A stretch of 40,255 nucleotides of DNA from Octopus bimaculoides (Eukaryota). Position numbers and translations under genes: made by a program. Below the pieces are notes generated by a model that ran no database searches, had not been told where the DNA came from, and saw only the letters and a list, made by a program, of their open reading frames with translations. Where the stretch lies: positions 75,957,211 through 75,997,465 of the forward strand of contig NC_068983.1 in assembly GCF_001194135.2 (NCBI RefSeq). The letters run 5' to 3'. Positions 35,195-40,255 of this stretch are shown here, piece by piece; positions within the stretch are counted from its first letter, which is position 1; every line of letters begins with the position of its first letter.

Positions 35195-36290
35195 ATTAGG
35201 TTGTTCCGAAAATAATGACCGATTTCAGAAACAATTTTATTCTGGAAAATTTACAATGGAAATGTTTTGATTAGTCAAAGTATGAGCAGTGCACATCTAT
35301 GCATCTCTTCCATCGATCAACGAGATTATTTATGCCTCGTTGATAAAAAGTTATTTGATTTGATGGTAAGAAATCTTTGAAAACTGATTCCACCTCCGGT
35401 TTGGACCTGAAAGTTTTATCACTTAAAAACGTGTTTAAATTCTTTAAAAAAATGTAGTCGGTGGGTGAAAAATCAGGAGAATATGGAGGATGTGCCAAAG
35501 TCTCGTATCCCAAGTCCGTGAGTTTCTGCAGCGTCATTCATGTGGCTTTGCATTACCGCGGAACAGAATTGGGCCACGCCGATTCACCAAATACAGGTCT
35601 CACTTTTTGGAAGTGATCATGTATTTCAGCGAGTTGATTGCAGTAAGCCTCTGCTGTAATTCTCTGATTGGCTTCTAGAAAGCTGTAATGGACAACACCA
35701 ATTGCAGACCACCAGACAGTCACCATAATCTTTTGCTGATGCAACTTTGGCTTTGGGAAATGTTTGGGGGACTCATCACGATCAAGCCATTGACCTGATC
35801 GTTTACGGTTATCGTAAAGATCCACTTTTAGTCACAAGTGGCTATTCAGTCAAGAAAAGGATCATTGGTGTTTCGCAGGAAGAGCATCGAACACACTTCA
35901 AAACGTCGAACGTTTTGATTTTCATTGAGCTCATGCGGTATTCCATTTATCGCGGCTTTTCATCTTACCAATCTTCAGCAGATTGCGTGAGACCGTGGTA
36001 ATAATGACACCAAGTGCCTGAGACATTTCTCTAACACTTTCACGTGGGTTTTGTTCAACAATTGCTTTCAATTGTTCATTGTCATGACTGCATGACCGTC
36101 CTCAACCTTCTTCATCTTCAAAGCTCTCATCACCACTACAAAATTTCTGAAACCACCTTCATACTGTGTAATCACTTACTGACCCCTTTCTCCATGCTCT
36201 GCTGATATTGGCAGCAGTTTGGTAGGCTTGTACCCAAGCTTGAACTTATGCAAGAAAAGTACGCAAAGGTCCTTTTTTGCCATGTTCATA
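35195..36290 (-). mobile_element. Mariner transposon with a near full-length but disrupted transposase (about 35271-36289) and one TIR
   Basis: RWFQKFCSGDESFEDE, LYDNRKRSGQWL, KPKLHQQKIMVTVWWS, HPPYSPDFSPTDY and RWKRCID..SYFD*. The TA-flanked TIR-like TTAGGTTGTTCCGAAAATAATGACCGATTT starts at about 35196; its partner is not found. Confidence 0.93.
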
Positions 36291-36383
36291 ATTAAGGGCG
36301 CCTATACTTCAAGAATTCCCCCATCACTTACATGGATATGCATATGTTTGTATATGTGCGGGTGTAGGTGTGTGATGGCAGGG

Positions 36384-36384
<1 letters not shown>

Positions 36385-36438
<54 letters not shown>

Positions 36439-36460
36439 GTGTGTGTGTGTGTGTGTGTGG
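36385..36460. repeat. (TA)n(TG)n microsatellite
   Basis: Directly visible. Confidence 0.95.
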
Positions 36461-36907
36461 ATATATATGTGTGAGCGCGTACATACATATATGATTGTGT
36501 GTGTGCATGTACGTGTACATGTTTGTGTGAGTGTATACGTATGTAGATGTTCTGAACCCAGGAGCTTTATGTCTATGCATTGTGAGAATATGGTTGTGTG
36601 TATATTTATATATATATATATATATATTTTATATGTTTTAAAATATTTCTTATCTTTTTTCTTTTTCTACTTATTAGTGTTACTTCCCTAATATTTAACG
36701 GTTTTTCGTAGCGTCTGTACCATTAATAGATGACGAGAATGTATCGTAGCTCTTCGCTCTGGCTTTCGAAACTCCGGCTTTCGAAACTATAATGATAACC
36801 TTTTACTGTTTGTTCTAATTGATAACATAAATAAATAATCCTCTATTTCTCTAATATCGAGGTCTCATTCTTTTGTTGTTACATTTTATTATAATTATCA
36901 TTATTGT

Positions 36908-36964
<57 letters not shown>

Positions 36965-37607
36965 TATATAATTGTAAATTTTCTTTAGAAAAGCATAGGA
37001 AGCATGGAAGTGCTCGAGTCAAACCCGAAACACTAGATGAGCGCAAGAGATACTGTGAAGAAGTTCAACTCAGGCAGACTATGATTGGTGTATAGATATA
37101 CGGATTTAATATAAAGGAATTGTCTAAAACATATATTAATACAGAATATAAAGATATAGAAATATAGAAATATATATGAATGTTAAAAATATGCAAGGAC
37201 AAATATATTTATAGATATATAAATGTAATAAATATAGATAAGAATAATGAAAGACATTCCTTTTAAAAATTCAATGTAAATTATGGAATGGAGGGAGTAA
37301 TAGATGTTTAAAAAAGAGTTTTTGGTATCATATCTAAAGGAAATGAAGTACTCCGACGATTGTTTCTAGAATTCATTCAAAGAGTGCATGGGAATCATAC
37401 GATTCACTTTCAAGGAATCATCTGGGAAAAAGAGAAGAATAGTGTTTGCGCCAGAAATGTATTAAATGGTTTTGCAAGTATTAATTAATTCATGTTTCAT
37501 ATAAGAGTCATACAAGTTATGGAAATTATTAAGAGAGCTGGTGGGAGTTTATTTATTTTTTAAAAATTATAACTAAGTGGCAATATTTTGTTGTACTATA
37601 GAAAATG

Positions 37608-38110
37608 CTACTATGCGGGTTCGAATTTAAATTTACTCTTGAAAGTTGAATAATATCTATGGTTACACGAATGAATAGCTTCAGAAAATTTATTTAAAAC
37701 AGTGCAACTAAACATACGAAGGATTATATACGATTCTTTTATACACATTCGACATCTGCCAGCAATTGTATCGTATGGTAGGGTCTCACGTATGATCGAC
37801 CAAGACAATATATAATTGATGTTTTTTTTTTAATTTTAAATTGTGTATATAGCTTGCTAACGCCGGAGAGTTTCTATGTTTTAACTTATTAAAGGAATTT
37901 ATGTATAAGTTGTCTTCCTATAATTTGTCTTTTCCTAGATTTAGAGTGAGTTACCCCATCCGCGTGTTTGGGCATAAAGAGAGTATATTTATTAAAATTT
38001 CTAGTATTAAGATTATAAAGTTTAATAGTGTTAATGACAGGTCTTCTTACAGGTTTATAATTTAATGAGGGGGTTATTTTTATCCTATCAGTGTTACTAT
38101 GAGGTGTTAA
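37608..38110 (-). mobile_element. Penelope-like element, GIY-YIG endonuclease C-terminal remnant
   Basis: KHRNSPALASYIHNLK followed by SWSII..PYD..AGRCRMCIKESYIIL..VLNKFSEAIHSCNHR matches the PLE motif (W.I...Y....C.LC..E...LN...E...C.H). Confidence 0.8.
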
Positions 38111-38810
38111 ATTAGCCAGTTTAGTTTTATATGTATATATATATGTATATATATATGGACAATAATTTCTCTTATAGAATTATTGAAAACAGTTGGATCA
38201 TTGAAATATGAGGTATACAATACACAGTTTTGCTATTTAATTCTAGATATGAAGAAACAAGAGATTTTGAATAAGTTGAATAAGATGAAGTCACTTTTCA
38301 ATTGTCTCAAAACACATTTACTGCAGCACAGTATTCAAAAAGAGAAAATTATGTAAAAGAGAAAATACACGAAACGAAATTAATCGATAACTTCTACCAC
38401 CAACAAGACGTATCAAAATGTGGCTGTGTTCCAGTTTAGACACGTAGACTAAGTATGTCTAGACGATTAACTCGAAATGTTGATGCGATTTTGTACTCCA
38501 CGTTTAAAATAATTGCAGTTCTTGTAACTAAAGAACATTTTATTGAATTTTCAGAGCAAATTAATGGATACAATTTATTTATAGTGGCTATTTTAATCGG
38601 ATTTTATAACGAATTTGAATATTGGAATGAGATATACTATAGGCACGCACAAATATAAAACGTACACGTATGTATTCACGGAATAAGAAACCATGTGTTT
38701 TGTAAGATTGGTTCTTATTTTTCTTATTTTATCCTTATATTTCAAAACTTGGATTCTTCTACATTGTAAACCAGAGCAGGATTTCCCCCTCTTTCTATCT
38801 CTGCTTCTAA

Positions 38811-38931
<121 letters not shown>

Positions 38932-39169
38932 TTTCATTTTCTATTTTCTTCCTTTCTTCTTAACAAAACGTTTTTGGAATTCAAACTTTATAGACCAAAA
39001 TGAAAGTTTTGAATTTATAATTTAAAATAAACTTCAGACGCATACCTAGAAAACAAATGCTAGTTTTTATATTTAATAACTAAATACTGAAATAAATTCA
39101 TATGCTTTAACTATATCGAAAGCCTGAAAATACAACATAAAACCGGTTATGAAGCAGATAGAAGAGACA

Positions 39170-39985
39170 GGCTATAAGTAATTGGGGAATTTGAAAATGG
39201 ATAAATTGATGGAGAAAGAAATGAGAGAAAAATTTAAGGTGGAGTACTTGCGCAGACTGATCCCTAAGTCAAAATTGAATTGACGGAATAAGATTGAAGC
39301 TATCAACACCTGGGCACTTTCACTGCTTAGATATGGAGCAGGGGTAATCGCATGGGTAGTAGACGAACTAAACAGCTTAGACAGAAAGACAAGGAAGTTG
39401 CTAACTAGATATGGGTCTCTCTACCCAAAAAGTGACACAGACAGACTGTATGCATCAAGAGAAAGAAGGGGAAAAGGACTTATTGGATGCGAACACAGCA
39501 TTAGAACAGAAAAAAACAATATAGCATGGTATGTAAAAAATGCCACAGAACCGCTGTTATTAGAAGTAAGAAGGTCAGGTTTGTGTAGGATGAAAGATTG
39601 TAAAGATAAAGTACTGTACAAGCAACTGAAAACGATTGAAACTGAAAATAGATGGGTAAAGAAAAGGATGCATGATCAATTTCATAGGGATGCTAGAGAT
39701 AAGACAGAGAAAAAAGATGGCTATGGATGACTAAAAGGGATTTAAAACTGGAAACGGAGGCTCTAATCTGTGCTGCCCAAGAGCAAGCACTAAGAACAAA
39801 CTACATAAAATACAGAGTATACAACACATCACAAAGTGATGAGTGCAGAATCTGTGGACAAAATGGTGGAACCGTATGGCATATTACCAGCCAATGTATG
39901 CCACTAGCCCAGAAGGAATATAAGAGATGCCACAACAATATAGCCAGGTTTGTCCATTGGACACTTTGCAACAAGTATGGACAGT
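39170..39985 (+). mobile_element. R4/Dong-clade LINE fragment (post-RT region and CCHC zinc knuckle), truncated at both ends
   Basis: KSKLN*RNKIEAINTWALSLLRYGAG, LDRKTRKLL, LYPKSDTDRLYASRERRGKGLI, ETEALICAAQEQALRTNY and CRICG....TVWHITSQC. Confidence 0.92.
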
Positions 39986-40100
39986 GTAACATACGTCGCC
40001 TCTCCAGTTTTGTATAGATTGCTTTGGTTGCACGTGTAGTAAATTAAACAGCCTAAACAATCGTCCCTGAAACATAATGTAGAAAACACCAGCACATATA
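39986..40100 (-). mobile_element. Possible GIY-YIG (Penelope) N-terminal scrap
   Basis: CLIYYTCNQSNLYKTGEAT loosely resembles NLIY.I.C..C...Y.GET. Confidence 0.25.
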
Positions 40101-40199
40101 TTTGTGAACTTAAGCTGTAGAATTACAGGCGAAGTGAAAACATGGTAATGTTCTATTAAGTAAACAGAAAATATTTATTATATATTCTGTTAAGTTAGC

Positions 40200-40202
<3 letters not shown>

Positions 40203-40237
<35 letters not shown>
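40203..40237. repeat. (CA)n microsatellite
   Basis: Directly visible. Confidence 0.95.
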
Positions 40238-40239
<2 letters not shown>

Positions 40240-40255
40240 TATGTATATGTATATA

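Overview
AT-rich, microsatellite-dense eukaryotic DNA from a short-read draft assembly, with four N-gaps that each abut a simple repeat. The repeat families look like those of Octopus (inferred from recognising the repeats, not from a search). No intact protein-coding ORF is present. Almost all ORFs in the track are translations of microsatellites or gaps, or antisense reads of decayed transposons. The window is mostly a transposon graveyard: several R4/Dong-type LINE remnants, a Tx1/L1-type RT, an I/Jockey-group RT, Penelope-like RT and GIY-YIG pieces, two mariner and one Tc1-like transposase remnants, a Helentron-type non-autonomous element and many tRNA-derived SINE copies. The most notable structures are a spacerless 180-bp palindrome built on a tRNA-like half, a twin-priming-like inverted R4 insertion mirrored across a gap, old inverted and direct repeats at 0.3-2.6 kb and 22.4-24.4 kb, and two isolated short exon candidates with Cys-containing frames. 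I see no convincing evidence of a new multi-gene system. Identities and family assignments were judged by eye and need HMM/Dfam confirmation.
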